DNA from: Methanobacteriota archaeon
GTDB taxonomy: Archaea; Thermoplasmatota; Poseidoniia; Poseidoniales; Poseidoniaceae
Direction of reading: 5' to 3'
NCBI GenBank assembly: GCA_018650165.1
Contig: JABIGM010000026.1
Coordinates: forward strand, 1-23,061
Length of the DNA: 23,061 nt
The translations under genes were made by a program, and so were the position numbers. The notes below the pieces were generated by a model, which saw only the letters and a list, made by a program, of their open reading frames with translations, was not told where the DNA came from and ran no database searches. Positions 1-7,847 of this stretch are shown piece by piece. The stretch's first letter is position 1. Each line of letters begins with the position of its first letter.

Positions 1-280
1 AAGGTGTCATGGAATAACCACGTACACCAAGTACACGCATTTTTGGTACTTCCACAACAGTAACTGGAATTCTTACTTCCTGTCCTGCGCTGTTCGATTT
101 AGGGTTCATATCACGAGCCATGATGTGGGTCATGCCTGCCTTCCAGCCTGCAAATCCCTGTACACGGACCTCACTCGCATCGGTTTCTGGCCACGACTTG
201 ACATGTCCAAAATGGCGTGCTGACCGCTTACGCGGGCTAAATGCCATGCTTCCACGTCGTGGGTGACTTCTCTTTGCCAT
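1..280 (-). CDS. rpl3: 50S ribosomal protein L3 (uL3), 5' part; runs off the window start
   Basis: Not in the ORF track. Hand translation from ATG at 280: MAKRSHPRRGSMAFSPRKRSARHFGHVKSWPETDASEVRVQGFAGWKAGMTHIMARD...PVTVVE. This matches the archaeal L3 N-terminus (PRRGS-x-AFSPRKR, GFAGxKAGMTH). SD AGGAGG lies upstream. Confidence 0.95.
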   Translation of the reverse strand, partial: MAKRSHPRRGSMAFSPRKRSARHFGHVKSWPETDASEVRVQGFAGWKAGMTHIMARDMNPKSNSAGQEVRIPVTVVEVPKMRVLGVRGYSMTP

Positions 281-288
281 TTGTTCGG

Positions 289-294
289 CCTCCT
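289..294 (-). promoter_or_regulatory. Shine-Dalgarno site (AGGAGG) for rpl3
   Basis: Plus-strand cctcct at 289-294, 8 nt upstream of the ATG at 280. Confidence 0.75.
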
Positions 295-299
295 ATGTT

Positions 300-525
300 T
301 TGTTACTCCGCATTGGCCCCCCGATAAGGGGCGTACAGAGGCTCTTCAGGCTGGGGAGAAGCCGTGACACCGGCTCTCAGTCCACGATTGGGACCAAGAG
401 TAATGGGATGCGGTGCATTGCCCACTGTGTCTGGCTGCTCACCTTCTGAGCAGTCTGCCGACTTACCTCCCGTATATGAGTGGTTCGGTTATTAACGGCA
501 CATAGGGCCGCTGGGCGTCTATGGT
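300..525 (-). ncRNA. Candidate structured 5' leader / cis-regulatory RNA of the rpl3 operon
   Basis: Region with no credible CDS and about six stem-loops (316-332, 357-377, 380-394, 402-426, 435-453, 501-523). Two of them gain G-U pairs only on the minus strand, the rpl3 sense strand. Confidence 0.45.
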
Positions 526-616
526 AATTGACGGTCTTCAAGCCTTTTGGTAGAGGGGTAAATCTGAACGACCTGTAATGCAAATCCTCTTGAGCCACCG
601 CCACACAAAGGCTGGC

Positions 617-3211
617 ATGACCCCGGTGCTTTCGCATCCACTCCTCGATGATGGGGTCGAAGCTAGGGCTTATCAATTGAAGGCTGCCAAAGAAGCAATT
701 TCGGGTTCAACACTCCTAGTAATGCCGACTGGTCTAGGGAAAACCGCTGTTCAATGGATGGCGATGGCTGAGGCAATAGATGGCCCTGGGAGAATTGTAT
801 TGGTTGCTCCAACAACAGGTCTTGTAGCCCAACAAGCAAAGATGGCTAAAGAATTTTTGAAAATAGATTCTGAAAGAATTGTAACTCTGACCGGCCAAGA
901 TCGGCCAATAAAGAGAGAAGAGATTTGGAAACATGCAAAAATTGTAATGGCTACGCCCCATGTAATTAGAAACGATGCCCGGAATGGAAGAATATTACTT
1001 TCGGAAATTGATTTACTCATTGTGGATGAAGCACACCATGCAACCGGTTCAGATTCAATGGCGCAATTAGGTGACATGTATCTTGAAGCATCTCCAAAAG
1101 CCCTAATCCTAGCAGCTACCGCTTCACCAGGCGTAAAGGCAGCCAAGGTTCTAGAAATTATTCAACGTCTCGGAATAGAGCGATTACATATCACAAAGAG
1201 AGACGACGATTTAGTTCAGCCATACATTACATCGATGGATATCGAAAAACATAATTTGAATCTGCCAGATAAATTATTAGAAATTATTAGACCTCTCAGA
1301 ATCTTAGAAGCTGAAGAAGGTGAACTACTAAAGCGCGGTGGTTTCCTTACCAGCCATGGTAGAATTACGACTGCTGCTATCGAAGAAGCACAACGCAGAG
1401 CAAGTGCGGCAATAGGCAAAGGGGATGCACGCGGTTATGATGCTGCCAAACGAATCGGCGACCTGAGAAGACTACACCGGCTGATCGATTTACTTGACAC
1501 GCAGGGCCTAAGGTGTGCAATAATGTATCTTGAAAGAGCTCGTGGAGATAAGGATCGGAAAACCAAACGGTTCCTCTCATTGCCGCCTGTTGCAAATCTG
1601 CTAAGAGAATCTGCCACCAAACAAGAGTGCCACCCCAAACCAGCACTGGTAGAAGAGTTGGTAAGTAGCGGACTAGAGAACGGAGGCAAGGTCATAATTT
1701 TCACTGAATATAGAGATACTGTGAACAACCTGATGGAGATTCTTGAAAAAATTCCAGGAATAAAACCAGGCCGTTTCGTAGGACAAGCAAGCAAAGGTAG
1801 CCAGTTGGGAATGAAACAAAAGGAGCAGATTGAGCAATTAGAACGTTTCAAAGAAGGTGAAATCAATGTCTTAGTTGCTACAAGCGTTGGCGAGGAAGGA
1901 CTTGATGTCCCTGCGGCCGATAGTGTGATTCTATACGAGCCGGTTCCCAGTGCAATAAGAGCAATTCAAAGGAGAGGTCGTACGGCCAGACAGAAGGATG
2001 GAGAAGTACATATCTTGATTGCGCAAGGTACGCGTGATGAGTATGTTCAACAAGCATCATTACGGCGCGAGGAACTGATGTATAGAACTCTAGACTCATT
2101 ACAAAAGCAATCACGACTACCTCGAAGGGCTGCTCCAAATGAAAATGTATTATCTGCATTTTCAGTTGATGGTGAAAATGCAGAATCTTTCATCGAATCT
2201 GAAGAAAAAAGACTATTTCGCGAAAAGAAAGTTGAACCACAAAAAAACCCAGTCCAGAAGAAATCAACAACCAGCACTTATTCTCCTGCCAACCGCCCAA
2301 GAGCACAAAGATCACTTTCGGAATTTAGTACATCTCCAGTGAAGGCGAAAGATGATGGTAAAAAAAGAGATGAAAAATGGTGGAAACCTGTTCTTGATGG
2401 AACAATTACGCATTCTAGAGATAAAGAGTCATCTACTGCTAGCGCAGCACAAACTGAATCAGATTCAATGAGTGAAGAAAAAGATTCTCAAACTATGATT
2501 GTAATCGACCATCGAGAAGCTAATTCGACTTTACCTGCAATGCTAAAATTACAGGGCCATGAAATCAGTATGCAGCATTTAACCGTCGGTGATATTCGAA
2601 TTTCAGATAGAATCTTAATCGAGAGAAAGAGTGCTAGAGACCTTGTCGACTCCTTAATTGATGGACGGTTGATTCACCAGGCAAGAAGATTGCACAGTGC
2701 TGCACCACGGCCGCTAATCATCATCGAATCAAATGAAACGCAAAGGGTTCATCCAAATGCAATTCATGGTGCAATGGCATGGATAACACTTGATCTGGGT
2801 CTGCCTGTAATAATGACTGGGTCTCCAGAACAAACTGCTCGTTTTGTATCGGTAGCTGCAAAAAGAGAGGCTCGGATTCTAGATTTATTGATGAGTCACC
2901 TTAGAAAGAAGCCTATCGATTCAGAAAAATCGGCAATTACTGCTGCATCTGCTGAAATTATGTCAATAATTAATGGTGAATCAGAGGTTGGGCCGCTCGC
3001 ACAGAAATGGTCAAATGAAGTCGTATCTCAAAGAACAAAAATACTAGCAGAATTACCGGGTATTGGAACGAAAACAGCCACGAAGATAATGAGTGTTGCT
3101 GGAGATATAATGGGGCTTTGTATGATTAGTGAGCATGAACTTACCCAAATAAAAGGTGTCTCGTCAATTCAAGCCAGAGACTTATTCAAATTTTTGCATG
3201 GCAATTCATGA
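617..3211 (+). CDS. hef: Hef / FANCM-like SF2 helicase fused to an ERCC4 (XPF) nuclease with C-terminal HhH motifs
   Basis: Helicase motifs MPTGLGKT, DEAHH, TASPG, VGEEGLD and QRRGRTAR; low-complexity linker; nuclease motifs IVIDHRE, GDI and ERKSARD (ERKx3D); HhH motif LPGIG. Start chosen at ATG 617 (MTPVLSHP); the ORF track opens at 578. Confidence 0.93.
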   Translation: MTPVLSHPLLDDGVEARAYQLKAAKEAISGSTLLVMPTGLGKTAVQWMAMAEAIDGPGRIVLVAPTTGLVAQQAKMAKEFLKIDSERIVTLTGQDRPIKREEIWKHAKIVMATPHVIRNDARNGRILLSEIDLLIVDEAHHATGSDSMAQLGDMYLEASPKALILAATASPGVKAAKVLEIIQRLGIERLHITKRDDDLVQPYITSMDIEKHNLNLPDKLLEIIRPLRILEAEEGELLKRGGFLTSHGRITTAAIEEAQRRASAAIGKGDARGYDAAKRIGDLRRLHRLIDLLDTQGLRCAIMYLERARGDKDRKTKRFLSLPPVANLLRESATKQECHPKPALVEELVSSGLENGGKVIIFTEYRDTVNNLMEILEKIPGIKPGRFVGQASKGSQLGMKQKEQIEQLERFKEGEINVLVATSVGEEGLDVPAADSVILYEPVPSAIRAIQRRGRTARQKDGEVHILIAQGTRDEYVQQASLRREELMYRTLDSLQKQSRLPRRAAPNENVLSAFSVDGENAESFIESEEKRLFREKKVEPQKNPVQKKSTTSTYSPANRPRAQRSLSEFSTSPVKAKDDGKKRDEKWWKPVLDGTITHSRDKESSTASAAQTESDSMSEEKDSQTMIVIDHREANSTLPAMLKLQGHEISMQHLTVGDIRISDRILIERKSARDLVDSLIDGRLIHQARRLHSAAPRPLIIIESNETQRVHPNAIHGAMAWITLDLGLPVIMTGSPEQTARFVSVAAKREARILDLLMSHLRKKPIDSEKSAITAASAEIMSIINGESEVGPLAQKWSNEVVSQRTKILAELPGIGTKTATKIMSVAGDIMGLCMISEHELTQIKGVSSIQARDLFKFLHGNS

Positions 3212-4066
3212 ACCGATGAGGATTGCACGGGTTCTTAATTGTGCAAAACGGTCGGTAAAGTGACCTAAAGCGAAGGCGATAATCTCAGTGAGATTAACTA
3301 CAGGAATACTAGTGTCTTTGTTTGCAACTCTTCCTGCTTTACCCTGATATGAATCAAGATTCGAATGTGATTGTGTACAAGCACTAACCAATACTTGTCC
3401 ACCAGCTTTCTTTGCATCATTTAGTACCCTAGCGGTCATCTTCATGACAGTATCTCCAAGCGAAAGCAGTGACGGATTTCCTACACTACTTGTCTTGGTC
3501 TTGTATTCGACAGGACGACCCCCAAGGGCAGTGATTAGTTGTTCCATGTATGTCGGATTCCAAGCATCGTCACCTCCACATGCACCTTTACGCTGCATAT
3601 GTGGTCCGTAGTAGCAAGCGATATCAAGATCTAGAGGGTTGACTACAGCGGCTTCCACTTTGTCCAACCCAATTTCATCTACAAGTACATGCAACAGATG
3701 GCTAGAAGAAATCTCTGATGCATTTAGTGTAAGTCCCGTGGTTTTTTCCAAAACACGATTTGCACTTGCTAGTGCGATTTCATCATTCTGGAAAGTGTCT
3801 AGAGATTCATGGAGAATACCTTGGGCGGAAGCGCAAGCAGTGATTATATCATGGCCTTTTTTCTCAGCAAGTGCTAGATTACGAGCGTTTAGGGCAAGTT
3901 GTAATTCTCTATTTCCTTGCTTGATTATATTTCCACCATCGCTGTTGTAGCCAACGATTTCAATCAGTTCGATCCCAAGGGTTTTGCAAAGCGGTTGAAT
4001 TGTATCTTCGACCTCTCGTGATGATTGGCGAGCTACATTTCCGGGATAATAAGAATATTTTACCAT
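3206..4066 (-). CDS. HdrB / SdhE-like CCG-domain protein with degenerate cysteine motifs
   Basis: Two CCG-like repeats: YYPGN...YNSDGG...TACASA and YYGP...TSSVG...SACTQSHSNLD, ending IPVVNLTEIIAFALG. The spacing fits the CCG family, but most ligand cysteines are substituted. SD GAGGTGA at 4071-4077. Confidence 0.8.
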   Translation of the reverse strand: MVKYSYYPGNVARQSSREVEDTIQPLCKTLGIELIEIVGYNSDGGNIIKQGNRELQLALNARNLALAEKKGHDIITACASAQGILHESLDTFQNDEIALASANRVLEKTTGLTLNASEISSSHLLHVLVDEIGLDKVEAAVVNPLDLDIACYYGPHMQRKGACGGDDAWNPTYMEQLITALGGRPVEYKTKTSSVGNPSLLSLGDTVMKMTARVLNDAKKAGGQVLVSACTQSHSNLDSYQGKAGRVANKDTSIPVVNLTEIIAFALGHFTDRFAQLRTRAILIGS

Positions 4067-4070
4067 GCTA

Positions 4071-4077
4071 TCACCTC
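4071..4077 (-). promoter_or_regulatory. Shine-Dalgarno site GAGGTGA for the HdrB-like gene, overlapping the upstream stop codon
   Basis: Plus-strand tcacctc at 4071-4077; upstream TGA at 4076-4078; ATG at 4066. This suggests translational coupling. Confidence 0.75.
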
Positions 4078-6046
4078 AGAATCTCCCATCTAATTCATTG
4101 AATATTGCAACAACCTCGTGATGGTTGGCAATTTTGGAGTTGAACATGTTTGGTATTTTTCCAATTCCAGCAGGTGGAACAAGCATTCCTTGGAATCCAC
4201 GCATCATTGGACCACCATTGCGTGTAAATCCTAGCATCATCCTGAGAGATATACCATTCATTATGTTAGAACCAAGCCCCAAAGGACCTAGCACTGAGCG
4301 ATAAAGTGTAGTCTCGTTAACATTACCAGACATCTTTACTGAACGTGCGTATGTTTTGACTAGCCGACCAGTCTTTCCGACAAATTTGTATTCAGCCAAT
4401 AGACGTGCTCTTGCAGCGTATAGTGAATCTGCGGCTTGTGACCCATCGATTCCATGGCGGTGTATCGAGGAAATATCTGCCTCATCCCATACGCCACCTT
4501 TGCCTTGCATCAAGTCAAACATCTGCTTGATGTGCGCCTTTCCTGAACGAGGGTCTTGACTTCTAACCCATCGCTGGAGAGCGAGACCTGGGCCAGAATA
4601 TACTTCATCGACGTCATAGGTATCCGACATAGCATTTACCAGTTGGAGTGAACCTACATCTGCTAAAGTGTGAAGATAAGTAGCTTCAGATGATGACATT
4701 ACACCGATTGGAGAGCCATTAGCCAATCTTTCACCTTGGCGTGGGTCTGCTTCCAACCAAGGTTTAGAATCTGCACGAGCATAGTCATAGCGGTCATATG
4801 AGACCATCAGATCTTTCACTACCTCATATCCTGGGACTGGTTCGAGAGTGAGAGTTTCTCCATCGCTTACTAGATCACAGATTCTGGTAGTATCTGCAGG
4901 TAAAATTCTGCCATTTGCCTTAATTCCTGAAAGTGGGTTTTGGCCTACTAGCCCACCACTACGGAATGTAAGAGAACCATCCACTTCCCGCTTTACGGCG
5001 ACCAGTGCATCCTCAATACTAGCATGACCAGGGAGATTTACTGCCACTGTATCGTATCCAGACTGGGCCAGTATAGGGTCGTATCTGAAAATACGCATTG
5101 TGAGAGATATTGCTGGCTGAATGATATTTGCAGGGGTGAAATCTCCGGCATCTACGCCGTCGTCTTCTTCGCCAGCGCCATAAGCAATCATTGCTTCAAC
5201 TAAATCTTCTTGGAATACTCCACCTGAATCGACACAGGCAATTCTTGGAAGAACTTCGCCAACCCATTGACTCCATGGCTCATCAAAGTCCACATCGCAC
5301 AATTTAATATCCAAAATTGATGTTGCACCGAGAGATGCAAATTTACCATCCCAGTCGGTACCTGCTTTGCAGAACTCATCGTACGATGAATCTCCGATTG
5401 CACAAACAGAGTAGTGTACTCCTGAAAGTCCAGGATTAGAACTGCAAGTTGCATTCCAAAGTTCCTCTGCATTATCTGGCATTTCGCCTTCGCCCCACGT
5501 CGAGGTAATAATCAGAATTCTCTTGTGTGTTGCAAACTTGGTTTGATCATAACCATCCATATCGATAACAGATGCCTCCAAACCATACGCTGCTGCTTTC
5601 TTAGCGGTCTTCTCTGCTAAACCTGCTGCGTTGCCGGTTTGTGAACCAAAGAAAACTGCAAGACTGCGGTCTCCAGAAAGAACTCCGGCAAGAACTCCAG
5701 AATTATCTCCCGTATCAGCGGAAGCCGCTGCTGGAGCAGGAGCGGCATCGACAACAGGTGCAACTTCTTCGCTGACTACCTCTGCGGTGCCACCCTCGTA
5801 TTCGAACTTGATAATCTCGACTGGGCAGGCATCTGCAGCCTCTTCGATTAGTTCTGAGTATTCTGCTCGAAACTGAGTTTTAATTGATGAGAAACCAGTG
5901 TTCCTATCGAAAGCACCGTCTTCGCGAACATCCGACTTTATCTGACTCGTATCATCAGTTACCTCGAAAACCTCGGGCAAAATATCTTCACAAGCATCAC
6001 AGGTGATGCAATCTTCCTCTATCCAGACCTTAGCGACGGTTGGCAT
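4076..6046 (-). CDS. Fusion of a single-cluster ferredoxin, a flavodoxin and a cysteine-less SdhB/FrdB-like domain (656 aa)
   Basis: Start at ATG 6046 (MPTVAKVWIEEDCITCDAC) with SD GGGGTGA at 6051-6057. Ferredoxin: CxxCxxC...ACPVEII. Flavodoxin: FFGSQTGNA, ITSTWGEGEMPDNA, AIGDSSYDEFC. SdhB-like: MRIFRYDP, DAL...DGSLTFRS, LEPVPGYEVVKDLMV, KPWL, YSGPG, DPR. Confidence 0.85.
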   Translation of the reverse strand: MPTVAKVWIEEDCITCDACEDILPEVFEVTDDTSQIKSDVREDGAFDRNTGFSSIKTQFRAEYSELIEEAADACPVEIIKFEYEGGTAEVVSEEVAPVVDAAPAPAAASADTGDNSGVLAGVLSGDRSLAVFFGSQTGNAAGLAEKTAKKAAAYGLEASVIDMDGYDQTKFATHKRILIITSTWGEGEMPDNAEELWNATCSSNPGLSGVHYSVCAIGDSSYDEFCKAGTDWDGKFASLGATSILDIKLCDVDFDEPWSQWVGEVLPRIACVDSGGVFQEDLVEAMIAYGAGEEDDGVDAGDFTPANIIQPAISLTMRIFRYDPILAQSGYDTVAVNLPGHASIEDALVAVKREVDGSLTFRSGGLVGQNPLSGIKANGRILPADTTRICDLVSDGETLTLEPVPGYEVVKDLMVSYDRYDYARADSKPWLEADPRQGERLANGSPIGVMSSSEATYLHTLADVGSLQLVNAMSDTYDVDEVYSGPGLALQRWVRSQDPRSGKAHIKQMFDLMQGKGGVWDEADISSIHRHGIDGSQAADSLYAARARLLAEYKFVGKTGRLVKTYARSVKMSGNVNETTLYRSVLGPLGLGSNIMNGISLRMMLGFTRNGGPMMRGFQGMLVPPAGIGKIPNMFNSKIANHHEVVAIFNELDGRF

Positions 6047-6111
6047 GAGTTCACCCCTGCTCAGATGTGAGCAATACGCTCGACTCGTATGTAGTCTTTG
6101 AAGGTTCCTCG

Positions 6112-6131
6112 CCTCTCCCTTTAGGGAGAGG
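6112..6131. terminator. Perfect inverted repeat downstream of the thermosome gene (possible terminator or processing hairpin)
   Basis: CCTCTCCCT-TT-AGGGAGAGG, 30 nt past the thermosome stop. No clear U-tract follows. Confidence 0.35.
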
Positions 6132-6161
6132 GGCATTATTCATGTTTAGACAGGGTGAACT

Positions 6162-7784
6162 TCACATGTGGAAGTCGTCCATTCCACCCATCATATCTCC
6201 GCCAGAGACACCCTTGGATGAAATTACATCATCAATTCTTAGAATCATAATTGCTGTTTCTGTGGCCGACTGTATAGCTTGTTCAACGACACGTAGTGGT
6301 TCCAATACATTTGCAGCACGCATATCCATAACGCCTCCGTCTTCAACATTAATTCCAGAGAATGCTTTACCATCTGCATGGGATTTGCGTAATTCGATAA
6401 TTGTGGTAACTGGATCTAATCCTGCATTTTCCGCAAGAGTTCTTGGAACTATTTCGAGTGCGCTAGCAAAGGCTTCGATCGCCATTTGTTCACGCCCACC
6501 TATCGATTCAGCATAGGCTCGCAGGTCACGTGAAAGGGCAGCCAGAACACTGCCACCTCCAGTCAGAACCGCTCCGTCTTCCCAAGCGACTGAAACCACA
6601 CCGACTGCATCATCGAATGCACGACGGATTTCATCGACAACATGTTCGGTTCCACCACGAAGTAGAACTGAAACTGATTTTGCTTCTGGGCATCCAGTAA
6701 AGAAAGTCATGTTAGACTCTCCGATTTTACGCTCTTCTACTTTCGCCGCTATTCCCAAATCATCCGATGTTAAATCATCGATAGTGGTGACAACTCGTCC
6801 ACTGGTTGCTTTTGAAAGAGCTTCCATGTCGCTCTTTTTAGCACGACGGATAGCAAAAATTCCAACTTTCGACATGTAGTGTTGAGCAAGGTCGTCTATT
6901 CCTTTTTGACAGACGACCACATTTGCCCCACTGGCATTGATTTTGTCCACTAATCCTCTGATGTAGTTTTCTTCTTCATCTAGGAATGATGCTAGCATTG
7001 AGGGATCAGTAATCTGGATTTTCGCATCTACCTCAGTTTTCTTAACTTCGATAGCGCTGTTGATAAGAGCAACTTTTACTCCAGAAATCGAACGAGGCAT
7101 TCCTGCATGGACGCGCTCCTTATCGAGAATTATTCCATCGACAAGAGTACTGTCCTTGATTGAACCACCCTGGCGCTTTTCGACCTTAATATCTGAAAGG
7201 TCGACGATTCTTTCACCATCATCAATAGTTCCTACTGAATTTACTGCTCTGACACAAATATCTGCCAAGAATGACTTAACTGCTCCTGCAGACTTCCCTG
7301 TTAGAGAGGTCTTAGCAACCTCCATCAATACTTTGTCATCATTTTGGGTTGAAATTTCATGAGATGCAAGGCATCCTACTGCCTTTTCAGCAGCCAAACG
7401 GAAACCCTCGCAGATTACAGTTGGATGAACATTCTGTTCAATCAAATCTTCTGACCTCTTTAGCAATTCACCAGCGAGAACTACAGCAGTGGTAGTTCCG
7501 TCATAGCAATGCTGCTCCTGAGTTTTTGCAACTTCTATAATCATCTTAGCAGCAGGGTGCTCTATATCCATTTCTTTGAGAATTGTAGCACCATCATTGG
7601 TGATTACCACATCGCCCATACTGTCAACCAACATTTTGTCCATTCCTTTAGGGCCGAGAGTACTCCTTACAGCATCTGCAACAGCCTTAGCTGCTGCTAT
7701 ATTGTTTGACTGTGCGCTACGACCTCGAGTTCTTTGAACTCCGTCCTTTAGAATAAAGATTGGTGCTTGTCCATTTCCATACAT
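6162..7784 (-). CDS. ths: Thermosome subunit (group II chaperonin)
   Basis: Motifs [47 protein letters not shown] and RIDDVI, plus a GGM-like tail. ATG at 7784 with SD GAGGT at 7792-7796; the ORF track opens at a TTG at 7790. Confidence 0.97.
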   Translation of the reverse strand: MYGNGQAPIFILKDGVQRTRGRSAQSNNIAAAKAVADAVRSTLGPKGMDKMLVDSMGDVVITNDGATILKEMDIEHPAAKMIIEVAKTQEQHCYDGTTTAVVLAGELLKRSEDLIEQNVHPTVICEGFRLAAEKAVGCLASHEISTQNDDKVLMEVAKTSLTGKSAGAVKSFLADICVRAVNSVGTIDDGERIVDLSDIKVEKRQGGSIKDSTLVDGIILDKERVHAGMPRSISGVKVALINSAIEVKKTEVDAKIQITDPSMLASFLDEEENYIRGLVDKINASGANVVVCQKGIDDLAQHYMSKVGIFAIRRAKKSDMEALSKATSGRVVTTIDDLTSDDLGIAAKVEERKIGESNMTFFTGCPEAKSVSVLLRGGTEHVVDEIRRAFDDAVGVVSVAWEDGAVLTGGGSVLAALSRDLRAYAESIGGREQMAIEAFASALEIVPRTLAENAGLDPVTTIIELRKSHADGKAFSGINVEDGGVMDMRAANVLEPLRVVEQAIQSATETAIMILRIDDVISSKGVSGGDMMGGMDDFHM

Positions 7785-7847
7785 ATGCAAAACCTCTGCA
7801 GTTCACCGGCACGGGGGGTATGACTTCAACCCATCGTCGATGCAACA

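Noticed and set aside
300-540. SRP RNA, RNase P RNA or 5S rRNA in the rpl3-hef gap
   Set aside because: No RNase P GAGGAAAGTCC core, no convincing SRP helix-8 internal loop and no 5S consensus on either strand by eye. A cmscan run would be decisive.
536-541. TTGAAG as a lineage-specific TATA-like element (also at 7824-7829 and 18541-18546)
   Set aside because: Distances to the plausible transcript starts are inconsistent (only 15 nt before tRNA-Ala), so it cannot be supported without transcription start data.
377-676. 99-aa minus-strand ORF upstream of rpl3
   Set aside because: Overlaps the hef start on the opposite strand, has no family motif, and the region is better explained as structured noncoding sequence.
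3206-5110. Treating the cysteine-less SdhB and HdrB parts as pseudogenes
   Set aside because: Both frames are intact and full length, SD sites are strong, and non-cysteine motifs are preserved while ligand positions are selectively changed.
6047-6136. 30-aa N-terminal extension of the fusion ORF
   Set aside because: A strong SD (GGGGTGA) precedes ATG 6046, where the ferredoxin domain begins, and the extension runs through the intergenic hairpin.
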